Virus record (IMG/VR): IMGVR_UViG_3300044617_001156
Source of the DNA: a virus
DNA length: 64,000 nucleotides
Strand: one strand, 5' to 3'
Part shown: positions 46,102 to 56,432 of the stretch, in pieces
Layout: every line of letters starts with the position of its first letter
Position numbering within the stretch: position 1 is the stretch's first letter
Position numbers and translations under genes: made by a program
Notes under the pieces: generated by a model
The model's database searches: none
Told to the model about the DNA's origin: nothing
Seen by the model: only the letters and a program-made list of their open reading frames with translations

Positions 46102-47787
46102 ATGGCGAAGTTATTTGGTTTTTCTATTGAAGATTCTGAGCCATTATCACCTGGTGTTGTTTCCCCCGTTCCTCAAACAAATGAGGACGGGGTTGATCAT
46201 TATTTAAGTAGTGGATTTTTTGGTTCTTATGTAGACATTGAAGGTGTTTATAGAACAGAATTTGATCTAATCAAAAGATATCGCGAAATGGCTCTACACC
46301 CAGAGTGTGATAGTGCTATTGAAGATATTGTAAACGAAGCAATCGTTAGTGATACTAATGATAGCCCCATTCAGATTGATCTAGATAATCTAAATGCTAG
46401 TGATGGAATCAAGAAAAAAATAAGGCAAGAATTTAAATATATTCTAGAACTTCTTGACTTTGATAAGAAGTCACATGAAATTTATAGAAATTGGTATGTT
46501 GACGGTAGACTTTATTATCACAAAGTAATCGATCTTAAGAATCCTGAAGCAGGTATACAGGAGTTAAGGTACATTGACGCAATGAAAATGCGTTATGTGC
46601 GTCAACAAAAAGTAGATGAAAAAGATAATAAAATGTATAGGTTGGCGAACGTCAATGTTGACGATCCTATGCAATATGAATTCCCAGGTATTGAAGAATA
46701 TTTTATATATAATCCAAAAATGACTTATCCGACCACCAACCCCTCTTCCATGGGAGGAACTGGTGGGATTAAGTTTACTAAGGATTCTATTACATATTGC
46801 TCTTCGGGTCTTGTAGATAGAAATAAGGGATCAACTCTTTCTTACTTACATAAAGCAATTAAGTCACTCAATCAATTACGAATGATTGAAGACTCTCTTG
46901 TTATTTACAGATTGTCTCGTGCCCCAGAAAGAAGAATCTTTTACATTGATGTAGGTAATCTTCCTAAAGTAAAAGCAGAACAATATCTTCGCGATGTTAT
47001 GATGCGTTATCGCAATAAACTTGTCTATGATGCATCAACCGGCGAAATTCGTGATGATAAAAAAATGATGGCGATGCTTGAAGATTTCTGGTTGCCTCGT
47101 CGCGAAGGTGGTAGAGGAACTGAAATCTCTACACTTCCTGGCGGACAAAACCTTGGAGAAATTACAGATATTGAATATTTTAAGAAGAAACTATATCGTT
47201 CTCTAAATGTTCCACCATCGAGAATGGATGGAGAAGGTGGATTTAACTTAGGACGTTCATCAGAAATTCTCCGCGATGAAGTTAAGTTCAGTAAGTTTGT
47301 TGCAAGACTGAGAAAGAGATTTTCATACATGTTCAGTGATATGCTGAAGACTCAGTTGATTCTCAAGAACATTATTACTCCAGAAGACTGGAATATTATG
47401 TCTGAGCATATTCAATATGATTTCCTTTATGATAACCATTTTGCTGAACTTAAGGATGCTGAACTTCTAAACGAAAGATTGAATATGGTTCAGGTTGCAG
47501 AACCATATGTTGGAAAATATTTCTCTCAGGACTACGTAAGAAGAAAGATTCTCAGACAAACTGATACTGAAATTTTAGAGCAAGATGTTCTGATCAAAAA
47601 AGAAATTGAAAGTGGAGTAATTCCAGATCCAAATCAACCAGTTGATCCTCAGACTGGATTAACTTTAGATCAGACTTCGCAAATGGACTTAGGTAAACCA
47701 GTAATGGAACCTGATCTTCGTTCTCAGGAAAGAGACGTTATGGCTGCAGGTAAACCAGCAGAAATGCCCAGGGGTGGTGAAATATAA
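46102..47787 (+). CDS. gp20: Portal vertex protein
   Basis: YRLSRAPERRIFYIDVGNLPK.KAEQY; EDFWLPRREGGRGTEI; late promoter at 46067. Confidence 0.98.
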   Translation: MAKLFGFSIEDSEPLSPGVVSPVPQTNEDGVDHYLSSGFFGSYVDIEGVYRTEFDLIKRYREMALHPECDSAIEDIVNEAIVSDTNDSPIQIDLDNLNASDGIKKKIRQEFKYILELLDFDKKSHEIYRNWYVDGRLYYHKVIDLKNPEAGIQELRYIDAMKMRYVRQQKVDEKDNKMYRLANVNVDDPMQYEFPGIEEYFIYNPKMTYPTTNPSSMGGTGGIKFTKDSITYCSSGLVDRNKGSTLSYLHKAIKSLNQLRMIEDSLVIYRLSRAPERRIFYIDVGNLPKVKAEQYLRDVMMRYRNKLVYDASTGEIRDDKKMMAMLEDFWLPRREGGRGTEISTLPGGQNLGEITDIEYFKKKLYRSLNVPPSRMDGEGGFNLGRSSEILRDEVKFSKFVARLRKRFSYMFSDMLKTQLILKNIITPEDWNIMSEHIQYDFLYDNHFAELKDAELLNERLNMVQVAEPYVGKYFSQDYVRRKILRQTDTEILEQDVLIKKEIESGVIPDPNQPVDPQTGLTLDQTSQMDLGKPVMEPDLRSQERDVMAAGKPAEMPRGGEI

Positions 47788-47790
47788 ATA
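47783..47790 (+). promoter_or_regulatory. Late promoter TATAAATA
   Basis: Exact T4 late consensus. Confidence 0.8.
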
Positions 47791-47818
47791 GAAGCGATTA
47801 CCAATTGGATTTATAACA

Positions 47819-47974
47819 ATGGATGATTTACTGAATATGATTGCTTCAGACGAAGCACCTTCTCAAATTAGTGACAAGATCAAAGATCTTTTGTTTACTA
47901 AGTCGGCAGAGAGAGTTGATGGATTTCGCCCAGAAGTAGCAAATTCTATGTTTGTAAGTACAGAAGAAGAGTGA
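47819..47974 (+). CDS. 51-aa acidic protein at the gp67-like prohead core position
   Basis: Hand-translated MDDLLNMIASDEAPSQISDKIKDLL...; directly after the portal gene. Confidence 0.75.
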   Translation: MDDLLNMIASDEAPSQISDKIKDLLFTKSAERVDGFRPEVANSMFVSTEEE

Positions 47975-47980
47975 TAATCA

Positions 47981-49744
47981 ATGGCAGATTTATCTGACTT
48001 TTTTAAACTTGTATCCGAAGATAAAAAGAAAAGGAAAGAAAAGTTTGATTCTATTGTCGGTGATTTAAACTTAAACTCTATTTTTGAAGAGGTAGCATCT
48101 CTAAAGAAAGAGAATAAAATCAAAAAAAAGGAAGAAGAAAAAACTTTAGAATCCTTCGAAAACTGGTTATATTCAGATAAAATAAAGAAAGATCCAATTG
48201 AACAGGTTCAAGAAATTGTAGAAAATGTTATTGAAGAAGTTCAAGAAATTGTAACTAATATAGTAAAAGATCAGGAAGAAGAAAAAACTTTAATAGAAAA
48301 ATCTTTAGGAATTCTAGCAGAACCATCAAATACCAAAGTTCAAAAAGATCCCCTAACTCCACTGGATCAAAATTTTGCAACTTTAGAAGATCTCCAAAAT
48401 CATTATAGACTCTTTATTACTCGCATTCAACAACAACTTTCCACATTAGGTGGAGGTGGAGAAACTCGTCTTGAGTTTTTAGATGATGTTGATAGAACTA
48501 GTGCTAAAACGGACAATTATTTCCTCCAATATGATGAAACTATCAATAAGTGGATAGGAACAGATAATGGATCAACATTAAGTGGAATTGTAACTTATAT
48601 TGATGCTGGTCCAAATATCTTTGTTTCATCTCATGTTGGTATTGTAACCATTACTGGAATTGGACTTACTATTGGAGATGCTCCTCCCGTAGATCCAGTA
48701 ATTTATCCACTTTGGTGGGATAGTACCGTTGGAAAACCATATCTTTATTATAGTGATGGTGATAGTACTCAATGGGTAGAATTTGCACCAGGATGTGGTG
48801 GTGCTGGAGGTGGTGGAGGAGGTGATACTCAACAGGATCTGAATACGACTTTAGGATTTGGAAATACCTCCAATCTTGGAATGTCGGTTGGAGTTGTTAC
48901 TGCAATTTCATATTATGGTAATGGTGCGAATTTAAGTGGAGTTGCTACTTATATTGTTGCAGGAACTGGTATTGATGTATCAGCAAACACTGGATACATT
49001 ACTATTAGTGCGACTGGTATTGGTAGCACAGGTGTATCGCAATTAAATGCAAACTGGAATGCAGTAACTGGAGTTACTTCAATTTTAAATAAACCCATTA
49101 TTCCAGCAGCACAAGTCAATAGTGATTGGAATGCAATAACTGGCATCTCGTCAATTCTAAACAAACCAACGATTGTTAATCAAATTATTGCAGGAACTGG
49201 AATTACAATTTCCCCATCCAGTGGAGTTGGTACAGTTACTATCAGTTCAACTGGTTTAGGAACTGCCACACGATATTATGGATCTTATTCAGACACAACA
49301 ACACAATCTTGTTCTGGAATTGGTGTTACGACAACAATGCTTCTCAATAGTGTTGATGGGCAAAGTGGATTTACTTTAGCGAGTAATAGTAGAATTACCT
49401 CTACTTATGGTGGAGTTTATAATACACAGTTTTCAGTACAGTTGGATAAACCATCCGGTGCAACTGGACATATTTGGATTTGGTTGAGGAAAAATGGGGT
49501 AAATTTGCCATATACAAACAGTGTTGTTGCCATTCAAGGAACAAACGCAGAAACCATTGCCTCTTGGAATTTTGTTATTAGTATGAATCCAGGCGACTAT
49601 ATTGAATATATGTGGATGGTAGATGATACTCAAGTGCAATTAACACATACAAATCCAATAACTGTAATTGTTGGTCCAGGTGAGAATGTTCCAGTTGATA
49701 TCCCAGGAATTCCATCAGTCATTATAACCATTCAGCAGGTATAA
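47981..49744 (+). CDS. Putative fibre/decoration protein: charged N-terminus, fibre-like middle, C1q/TNF-like C-terminal head
   Basis: QLSTLGGGGETRL..LDDVD; WWDST...QWVE; two 24-aa repeats; GVYNTQFSVQL...IWLRKNG...GDYIE. Confidence 0.6.
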   Translation: MADLSDFFKLVSEDKKKRKEKFDSIVGDLNLNSIFEEVASLKKENKIKKKEEEKTLESFENWLYSDKIKKDPIEQVQEIVENVIEEVQEIVTNIVKDQEEEKTLIEKSLGILAEPSNTKVQKDPLTPLDQNFATLEDLQNHYRLFITRIQQQLSTLGGGGETRLEFLDDVDRTSAKTDNYFLQYDETINKWIGTDNGSTLSGIVTYIDAGPNIFVSSHVGIVTITGIGLTIGDAPPVDPVIYPLWWDSTVGKPYLYYSDGDSTQWVEFAPGCGGAGGGGGGDTQQDLNTTLGFGNTSNLGMSVGVVTAISYYGNGANLSGVATYIVAGTGIDVSANTGYITISATGIGSTGVSQLNANWNAVTGVTSILNKPIIPAAQVNSDWNAITGISSILNKPTIVNQIIAGTGITISPSSGVGTVTISSTGLGTATRYYGSYSDTTTQSCSGIGVTTTMLLNSVDGQSGFTLASNSRITSTYGGVYNTQFSVQLDKPSGATGHIWIWLRKNGVNLPYTNSVVAIQGTNAETIASWNFVISMNPGDYIEYMWMVDDTQVQLTHTNPITVIVGPGENVPVDIPGIPSVIITIQQV

Positions 49745-49748
49745 AACT

Positions 49749-50147
49749 ATGGCAATTAATTTTCCAAATTCACCCACAGTAAATCAAGTATATAAAGCCG
49801 CTGGACGTTATTATACTTGGAATGGTGTTAAATGGATATGTGGGGGAGGTCCAGTATCTTATGCAACTACTTATATCACCTCATCATCATATACAATTGC
49901 TTTAAGTGATTATTATGTTGGCGTAAATACATCTTCTTCAGCAACAATTACATTACCACCTTCAGTTGATAGTGGATCTACCTACATAGTAAAAGATGAA
50001 CGCGGAGAAGCATCTAAAGGTGCAAACAGACATATTTACATTGTTCCATCAGGTTCAGATTTAATTGATGGAGAAGATCGAGCAATATTAGCATATGATT
50101 TTGGTTCACTTACTTTCACTTATAGAGACGGTTGGAGGGTAGTTTAA
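49749..50147 (+). CDS. Small fibre-like structural protein
   Basis: MAINFPNSPT..Q....YTWNG.KW; DYYVGV....TITLP....YIVKDE. Confidence 0.6.
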   Translation: MAINFPNSPTVNQVYKAAGRYYTWNGVKWICGGGPVSYATTYITSSSYTIALSDYYVGVNTSSSATITLPPSVDSGSTYIVKDERGEASKGANRHIYIVPSGSDLIDGEDRAILAYDFGSLTFTYRDGWRVV

Positions 50148-51379
50148 TGTCTCATTTATATAAACCATCGGAAGATACTTATACTAGCAAAGGTAGACTA
50201 AAAGTATCACCATATGAAACTTCATTTTTTAATACTTTCCAGTACGGTAAAGAAACTGATATATGGGATGAAAAAACAACAAATGGGGGATTAGCAACTT
50301 TTAGTTCATCTCTTTCCGGCATAATTATGTCGGTTAATAGTCAGGTTGGTTCTGAAGTTATTCGCCAGACTAAACACGTAATGCGTTATATTCCAGGTAG
50401 AACTTCTACAGTAACTTTTGCAATTCGTCTTGAAAATCCAGTCACAGGAGTTCGTAGAAGATTTGGATTATTTGATGAAAATGATGGTGCATATTTTGAA
50501 GATGGTGGAGATGGAACTTATTATTGTGCTATTCGCAATAGTGTTGGTATAGGGACATCTCTTCTAAGGGTTGCAAGAGCAAACTGGAATGGTGATAAGT
50601 TGGACGGAACTGGTCCAAGCGGCATAACTGCAAGTGCGGTTGCTCAACATATGATTAATATCGAATATGAGTGGTATGGAGCTGGTCAGGTAATATTCAG
50701 TTATACAATTGATGGAGTTTCTTATGCAATTCACACTTTTAATAATGCAAATAACTTAAATCAACCTTGGTCAAGAACACCATTTCTTCCAATTCGCTTA
50801 GAACTTACAAATGTAACTGGTGCAGCAGGAACTCATTATCTTTATCAGGGTTCTAATTCTTTAATTAGTGAGGGAACTCCAGAAAAATTAGGAATTTCTG
50901 CAAACATTACCAATTCCGGACTTTCTACTAGTGTTACATATAAGGTTCTTTCAAATGCTAATCAGTTTTATCCAATGGTTAGTATTAAATTAAAATCCAC
51001 AGATCTTCAAGGTATTGTTCTTCCAACTTTTTTCCAAACAGCAACAATTGATAATACAGGTCTTGCATATAAACTGATCAGAAATACCACTTTAGTTGGA
51101 GCAGCATTTACAGATCACCCGGATCCAAACTCATTTACTCAATATGATGTAAGTGCAACATCTTTTGCTGGCGGCATCATTTTAGACTCTGGCTTCGTAA
51201 CAGGTGGTGGAGGAGGAACAGGAATTGAAATTAATCCTAGAGCTGCAGTGCAAATTGGTAGAGTTGGTATTGGGACAACAATCGCAAGTGACACGTTAAC
51301 TCTTGTGGTTGCTTATATGGCAAATAGTAATAATGCAAAAAATGCTGTCGCATCAATGACTTGGATTGAGCAGAGATAA
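50147..51379 (+). CDS. Hypothetical beta-rich protein, possibly virion-associated
   Basis: TAATG coupling gives ATG 50147; RQTK..MRYIPGR, EYEWYGAG motifs. Confidence 0.65.
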   Translation: MSHLYKPSEDTYTSKGRLKVSPYETSFFNTFQYGKETDIWDEKTTNGGLATFSSSLSGIIMSVNSQVGSEVIRQTKHVMRYIPGRTSTVTFAIRLENPVTGVRRRFGLFDENDGAYFEDGGDGTYYCAIRNSVGIGTSLLRVARANWNGDKLDGTGPSGITASAVAQHMINIEYEWYGAGQVIFSYTIDGVSYAIHTFNNANNLNQPWSRTPFLPIRLELTNVTGAAGTHYLYQGSNSLISEGTPEKLGISANITNSGLSTSVTYKVLSNANQFYPMVSIKLKSTDLQGIVLPTFFQTATIDNTGLAYKLIRNTTLVGAAFTDHPDPNSFTQYDVSATSFAGGIILDSGFVTGGGGGTGIEINPRAAVQIGRVGIGTTIASDTLTLVVAYMANSNNAKNAVASMTWIEQR

Positions 51380-51418
51380 TTGTATTAATAAATAACTAAA
51401 AGTGTATCCAATAAAATA

Positions 51419-51970
51419 ATGGCTCATAGACCAGTTGGGGCGGGATCCTCATTTACATTTACTGCCGGCACTGCAACAACTTCATCTGCTTTTTCAGTAC
51501 AGTCTAGTGTTTTGAGAGTAGTTGCTGTTGGTGGTGCTGCTTTTGTCGCTGTTGGAGCAACTCCATCAGCGACAGCGGCCGATTATTATGTCCCCTCTGG
51601 GGAAACTGCAACTCTTGCCTTAACTAAAGCATCCAATAGAGTTGTTGGTGTAACCACAGGAACAACAACTATTGTTACTGTGCCGGAAGGAACTCAAGTT
51701 CCATTTGGTGTAGGTGATTATGTAACCCTGTCTGCATCAGGTCAGACTTATTACAACTTCACTCACCAAAGAGTTATTTCTGTCGATACCACTTCAAATG
51801 TAGGTGGATATTATCAAACAAGAATGACTGTTGATTATAATAGTACTGGTATTGCAACAGCATTTTCATCAGCAGATGCATCAGTGATCGCATCAAATAA
51901 AGTATCTGTTTTTGGTGCTGGATCAGGAACTTTATATTATCAACAAGTACAAATTACAGGTCAAGCATAA
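51419..51970 (+). CDS. Conserved virion structural protein
   Basis: Own late promoter ATAAATA at 51388; Thr/Ala/Val-rich; coupled to gp21. Confidence 0.7.
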   Translation: MAHRPVGAGSSFTFTAGTATTSSAFSVQSSVLRVVAVGGAAFVAVGATPSATAADYYVPSGETATLALTKASNRVVGVTTGTTTIVTVPEGTQVPFGVGDYVTLSASGQTYYNFTHQRVISVDTTSNVGGYYQTRMTVDYNSTGIATAFSSADASVIASNKVSVFGAGSGTLYYQQVQITGQA

Positions 51971-52620
51971 TGAAACTTATTACCGAAGAAATCGAATCAG
52001 TAGAAGTTCTTACCGAAACGGTCAACGGTAAGAAGACTCTTTATATCCAAGGACCTTTTCTACAGACTGAAGTTGTAAACAGAAACGGTAGAATGTATCG
52101 TTTACCTGTTATGGAAAGAGAGGTAAAGCGTTACACTGAACAGTATGTAAACAAAGGTCGTGCTCTCGGAGAACTTGGACATCCCGATGGTCCAACTGTA
52201 AATCTTGATAGAGTTTCTCATAAGATTGTTTCTCTTCAACGTGAAGGAAATACTTTCATAGGAAAAGCTCAAATCCTTTCAACTCCTATGGGTAAGATTG
52301 CAGAGTCACTTCTAAAAGAAGGAGTTACTCTAGGGGTTTCCTCTCGTGGTATTGGTTCAGTAAAGCCAACTCGCGAAGGTTATACTGAAGTTGGTGAAGA
52401 TTTTATGCTTGCAACTGCTGCAGATATTGTTGCCGATCCTTCTGCACCTGACGCTTTTGTTCAGGGAATTATGGAAGGTAAAGAGTGGGTATGGGATGGT
52501 GGAATGCTTCGCGAAAAAATGGCGGAGCAAACTCAAAGAAGAATTAATGCATTAGTAGATGAAAACCTACTAGAAGACTATAAGTTAAGTTTATTCAATG
52601 AGTTTTTAAACTCATTGTAA
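51970..52620 (+). CDS. gp21: Prohead protease
   Basis: NRNGRMY, ALGELGHP, GVSSRGIGS, DIVADPSAPDAFV. Confidence 0.97.
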   Translation: MKLITEEIESVEVLTETVNGKKTLYIQGPFLQTEVVNRNGRMYRLPVMEREVKRYTEQYVNKGRALGELGHPDGPTVNLDRVSHKIVSLQREGNTFIGKAQILSTPMGKIAESLLKEGVTLGVSSRGIGSVKPTREGYTEVGEDFMLATAADIVADPSAPDAFVQGIMEGKEWVWDGGMLREKMAEQTQRRINALVDENLLEDYKLSLFNEFLNSL

Positions 52621-52630
52621 TTTATTAAAT

Positions 52631-52638
52631 TATAAATA
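52631..52638 (+). promoter_or_regulatory. Late promoter TATAAATA
   Basis: Exact consensus upstream of gp22-gp23. Confidence 0.85.
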
Positions 52639-52676
52639 AATATAGTTTATAACGTAAGGTTAAACGGAGAGTTCAA

Positions 52677-53828
52677 ATGTCTCGTGGAGATTTACAAGAA
52701 ATGGAAGTAGGCACTAAGCAATCCAAAACCGCTGTTAATGCAAATGCCAAAGCAGCGGATGCAATGCCAAGTCTATCTGGTGCAACACCAGGTCAAACTG
52801 GAGGATGGGAAGACCTAGGCGGACCCACTCCAGAAAATTACAAATCTGATGATGATTCTGCAAAACTAAAAACTCCAGGCGCAACCCTTAAGCAAGTTAA
52901 GGATGTTGTAAATAAAGGAGCAAAACCTGCAGAAGCAATGCACGGTGTTAAGGAAGAAGAAGAAGTTGAGTATGATGAAGATGAAGAACTCCTAGAGGCT
53001 AAGCACGAAGAGGAAGAAGAGGAGGAAGAAAAAGAAGGAGGTAAAAAAGGTAAGAAGAAGGAAGAGGAAGAAGACGAAGAGGATGAAGAAGAAATGAAAG
53101 AAGAGTTTAGCATCGAAGAAGATGTTAATGCTCTCCTTGCTGGCGAAGAACTTTCCGAAGAGTTCCAAGCAAAAGCAAAAATCATTTTCGAAGCTGCTAT
53201 TCGTTCAAAAGTCTCTGAAATTCAAGAGTCCCTTGAAGAGCAGTATGCTTCTGCTCTTGCTGAGGAAGTTGAAGGAATTAAATCCGAACTTTCTGAGCGT
53301 GTAGATTCATACCTAGAGTATGTTGCTGACGAGTGGTTCAATGAGAACTCACTTGTTATTGAACAAGGTCTTAAGACCGAAATGACCGAATCATTCCTCC
53401 AAGGAATGAAGGGTCTTTTTGAAGAACATTATGTATCAATCCCTGAAGATAAATATGATGTGCTTGAGAGCATGGTAGAAAAACTTGATGAAATGGAGAC
53501 AAAACTCAACGAGCAAATTGAGAAGAACGTTTCCCTTAACAAGCGTCTCGCAGAGTCGGTTGCTGATGGAATCTTTGAACAGGTCTCTGATGGTCTTGCA
53601 GACACTCAGAAAGACAAGCTCGCTTCACTTGCCGAAAGTGTTGAGTTTGAAAGTGAAGAAGAATATCGTGAAAAACTGGAGACCTTGAAGGAATCATATT
53701 TCCCATCAAGAGGAGTTTCTCCATCTGCAAGAACTGAAAGTCTGTCCGAGGGTGTAGATAGTTCACCAGAATCAATTTCTGGAACTATGTCTGCTTACCT
53801 GAAGACTCTCTCAGCATTCGGCAAATAA
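52677..53828 (+). CDS. gp22: Prohead core scaffold protein
   Basis: LSEEF..KAK.IFEAA...YLEYV.DEW; acidic coiled coil. Confidence 0.95.
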   Translation: MSRGDLQEMEVGTKQSKTAVNANAKAADAMPSLSGATPGQTGGWEDLGGPTPENYKSDDDSAKLKTPGATLKQVKDVVNKGAKPAEAMHGVKEEEEVEYDEDEELLEAKHEEEEEEEEKEGGKKGKKKEEEEDEEDEEEMKEEFSIEEDVNALLAGEELSEEFQAKAKIIFEAAIRSKVSEIQESLEEQYASALAEEVEGIKSELSERVDSYLEYVADEWFNENSLVIEQGLKTEMTESFLQGMKGLFEEHYVSIPEDKYDVLESMVEKLDEMETKLNEQIEKNVSLNKRLAESVADGIFEQVSDGLADTQKDKLASLAESVEFESEEEYREKLETLKESYFPSRGVSPSARTESLSEGVDSSPESISGTMSAYLKTLSAFGK

Positions 53829-53885
53829 TTGAATTTAATATAATTCAAACCCAAAAAACAAACACTTAGTAAAAGGTAAAAGCAA

Positions 53886-55316
53886 ATGTTCCATTCCGAG
53901 CATCTGCAGGAAAAGTGGGCACCTCTCCTCGATTATGAGGGTGGAATCAAAGATTCTCATCGTAGAGCTGTAACCGCTGTCCTGCTCGAAAACCAAGAAA
54001 GATTTTTAAGAGAGCAATCTGCTTTCGATAACGGTTCCATGAATATGCTCATGGAATCACCAACCAACAGCGGTAACGCTTCTGGTGCACAAGGTGGATT
54101 CGGCGGCAACGCAGCTGCTGGTGGTCCTACCGCAGGTTTCGATCCCGTACTGATCTCACTGATCAGACGTTCAATGCCTAACCTGATCGCCTATGACGTA
54201 GCAGGCGTTCAACCAATGAGTGGTCCTACTGGACTCATCTTCGCAATGCGTTCACGTTATGCTTCACAAAGTGGAACCGAAGCGTTCTACAACGAAGCAG
54301 ACAGCACCTTCTCAGGTACTGATGCTGGATTCGATACTACCCTTACTCGCGATTTCGCTGATGTTAACGCTGGTATCGGTACAACCATCCAGGCAGGTTC
54401 AAACCCATCACTCCTGAACCCTGTTGGTACTGCAACCTCAACCGCCTATAACGTCGGTCAGGGTATGCCTACTGGCGATTCAGAGAACCTTGATGGTACT
54501 GCTGGTAATGCATTCAACCAGATGGCTTTCTCAATCGAGAAGGTCACCGTTACTGCAAAGTCACGCGCTCTGAAGGCTGAGTACTCACTAGAGCTTGCTC
54601 AGGACCTCAAGGCAATCCACGGTCTGAATGCTGAAGCGGAATTAGCAAACATTCTCTCAACTGAGATTCTTGCTGAAATCAACCGCGAAGTCATCAGAAC
54701 CATCTACAAGGTTGCTGAACAGGGTGCTGTACAGAACGTAGCAACTCCTGGTGTATTCGACCTCGATATCGACTCCAACGGTCGTTGGTCAGTTGAGAAG
54801 TTCAAGGGTCTTCTGTTCCAAATTGAGCGTGATGCTAACGCAATCGCTCAGAGAACTCGTCGCGGAAAGGGCAACACCATCATCTGTTCAGCAGACGTTG
54901 CTTCCGCTCTAACCATGGCTGGCGTTCTTGATTACACCCCTGCACTCAACGCTAACCTAAGCGTAGATGATACCGGCAACACCTTTGCTGGTACTCTAAT
55001 GGGCAAATTCCGCGTATATATTGACCCATATGCTGCTAACCTGACTTCAGGTAACGCAACTCCTGGCAACCAGTATTACGTTGTTGGTTATAAGGGTTCT
55101 TCACCTTATGACGCTGGTCTCTTCTATTGCCCATACGTTCCTCTCCAAATGGTTCGTGCCGTTGGTGAGAACTCCTTCCAGCCCAAGATTGGCTTTAAGA
55201 CCCGCTATGGTCTTGTTGCTAACCCATTCGCTGAAGGTACTGAGCAAGGTCTGGGTCGCCTCAGAGTCAACAGCAACCGCTACTACAGAAGAGTTGCTGT
55301 TAAGAACCTCATGTGA
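53886..55316 (+). CDS. gp23: Major capsid protein
   Basis: GVQPMSGPTGLIFAMR; KSRALKAEYSLELAQDLKAIHGL; FQPKIGFKTRYG. Confidence 0.99.
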   Translation: MFHSEHLQEKWAPLLDYEGGIKDSHRRAVTAVLLENQERFLREQSAFDNGSMNMLMESPTNSGNASGAQGGFGGNAAAGGPTAGFDPVLISLIRRSMPNLIAYDVAGVQPMSGPTGLIFAMRSRYASQSGTEAFYNEADSTFSGTDAGFDTTLTRDFADVNAGIGTTIQAGSNPSLLNPVGTATSTAYNVGQGMPTGDSENLDGTAGNAFNQMAFSIEKVTVTAKSRALKAEYSLELAQDLKAIHGLNAEAELANILSTEILAEINREVIRTIYKVAEQGAVQNVATPGVFDLDIDSNGRWSVEKFKGLLFQIERDANAIAQRTRRGKGNTIICSADVASALTMAGVLDYTPALNANLSVDDTGNTFAGTLMGKFRVYIDPYAANLTSGNATPGNQYYVVGYKGSSPYDAGLFYCPYVPLQMVRAVGENSFQPKIGFKTRYGLVANPFAEGTEQGLGRLRVNSNRYYRRVAVKNLM

Positions 55317-55338
55317 TCCATTTCACATAGAGATTCAG

Positions 55339-55365
55339 GAGGGTCCGCAAGGACCCTCTTTTTTT
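55339..55365 (+). terminator. Rho-independent terminator after gp23
   Basis: GAGGGTCC-GCAA-GGACCCTC then T7. Confidence 0.92.
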
Positions 55366-55386
55366 ATCTAAATATTTAAAAAAATC

Positions 55387-55947
55387 ATGTCTGGTTTTTC
55401 AAATCAAGTTGGCAATAGAAATTTTCTATCTTCAGTAAACTTTAAGTTTACTCTTAATAGGGCACCTAAAGTAGCATTTTTTTCCAATCAAATATCTATC
55501 CCTAGCATATCATTAGGAGTAGCAGTTCAGACAAACTATCTAAACGATATACCTGTTCCTGGTGATAAGATGGTATTTGATGATTTTACTGTAAAATTTT
55601 TGGTTGATGAAAATTTAGAGAATTATATGGAAATTCAAAACTGGATGAGAGGTTTAGGATTTCCCGAAAGTTTATCCGAAATTTATGAATTCCAAAAAAC
55701 AAATGAATCATTTGAGCAACCATATAAATCAGACCTAAATTTATATTCTGATGGAACTCTAATATGTTTAAATAGTAGTCAAAGATTTAACTTCCAAGTT
55801 AAATTTAGATCTATGTTCCCAGTATACCTATCACCTTTGGATTTTAATGCTACAACAAATGACACTGAATATTTTACAGCAGATGTAACATTTAAATATT
55901 TGATGTATAATATTGTTGATAGGAATGGAGATCCATTAACATCGTAA
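55387..55947 (+). CDS. gp3: Tail tube terminator/completion protein
   Basis: NRNFLS...FKF...PGD...F.VDENLENY.EI.NW; late promoter at 55369. Confidence 0.9.
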   Translation: MSGFSNQVGNRNFLSSVNFKFTLNRAPKVAFFSNQISIPSISLGVAVQTNYLNDIPVPGDKMVFDDFTVKFLVDENLENYMEIQNWMRGLGFPESLSEIYEFQKTNESFEQPYKSDLNLYSDGTLICLNSSQRFNFQVKFRSMFPVYLSPLDFNATTNDTEYFTADVTFKYLMYNIVDRNGDPLTS

Positions 55948-55966
55948 ACGTTGAAATTATTAATTC

Positions 55967-56404
55967 ATGAGCATTGATTTAGACTCTATCCAAAAAATGT
56001 GGGAACAGGATTCGAAAATAGATTCCGATAACTTACACACAGAATCTTTAAATATTCCTATCCTACACGCAAAATATTTTGATTTATATAATACTATTTT
56101 TCTCCTAAGGAAGAAAGCAGAACAGCAAAAAAGAAATATTCGCCACGAAAGATATGAGTATTACTCAGGTAAATCAGATCCTGAAGTTTATATAGAAAAT
56201 CCTTTCCCCAAAAAGATACGTGATAAAGATACCCTACAAAAGTATCTAGATGCAGATGAAAACCTATCGAAGGTATGTCTGAAAATTGATTACTACGATA
56301 CAATGCTTGTTTATATTGAAAGTATCTTGAAAATGATACAGAATAGAACTTATCAAATAAAGAATGCTATCGAATTTATGAGATTTAATGCTGGTCTGGG
56401 GTAA
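55967..56404 (+). CDS. uvsY: Recombination mediator protein
   Basis: W..DS.ID...IP.LHAKY...YYSGK...RTYQIKNAIE. Confidence 0.92.
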   Translation: MSIDLDSIQKMWEQDSKIDSDNLHTESLNIPILHAKYFDLYNTIFLLRKKAEQQKRNIRHERYEYYSGKSDPEVYIENPFPKKIRDKDTLQKYLDADENLSKVCLKIDYYDTMLVYIESILKMIQNRTYQIKNAIEFMRFNAGLG

Positions 56405-56432
56405 ATAAATACTCATAGATGAATGGATTAAT

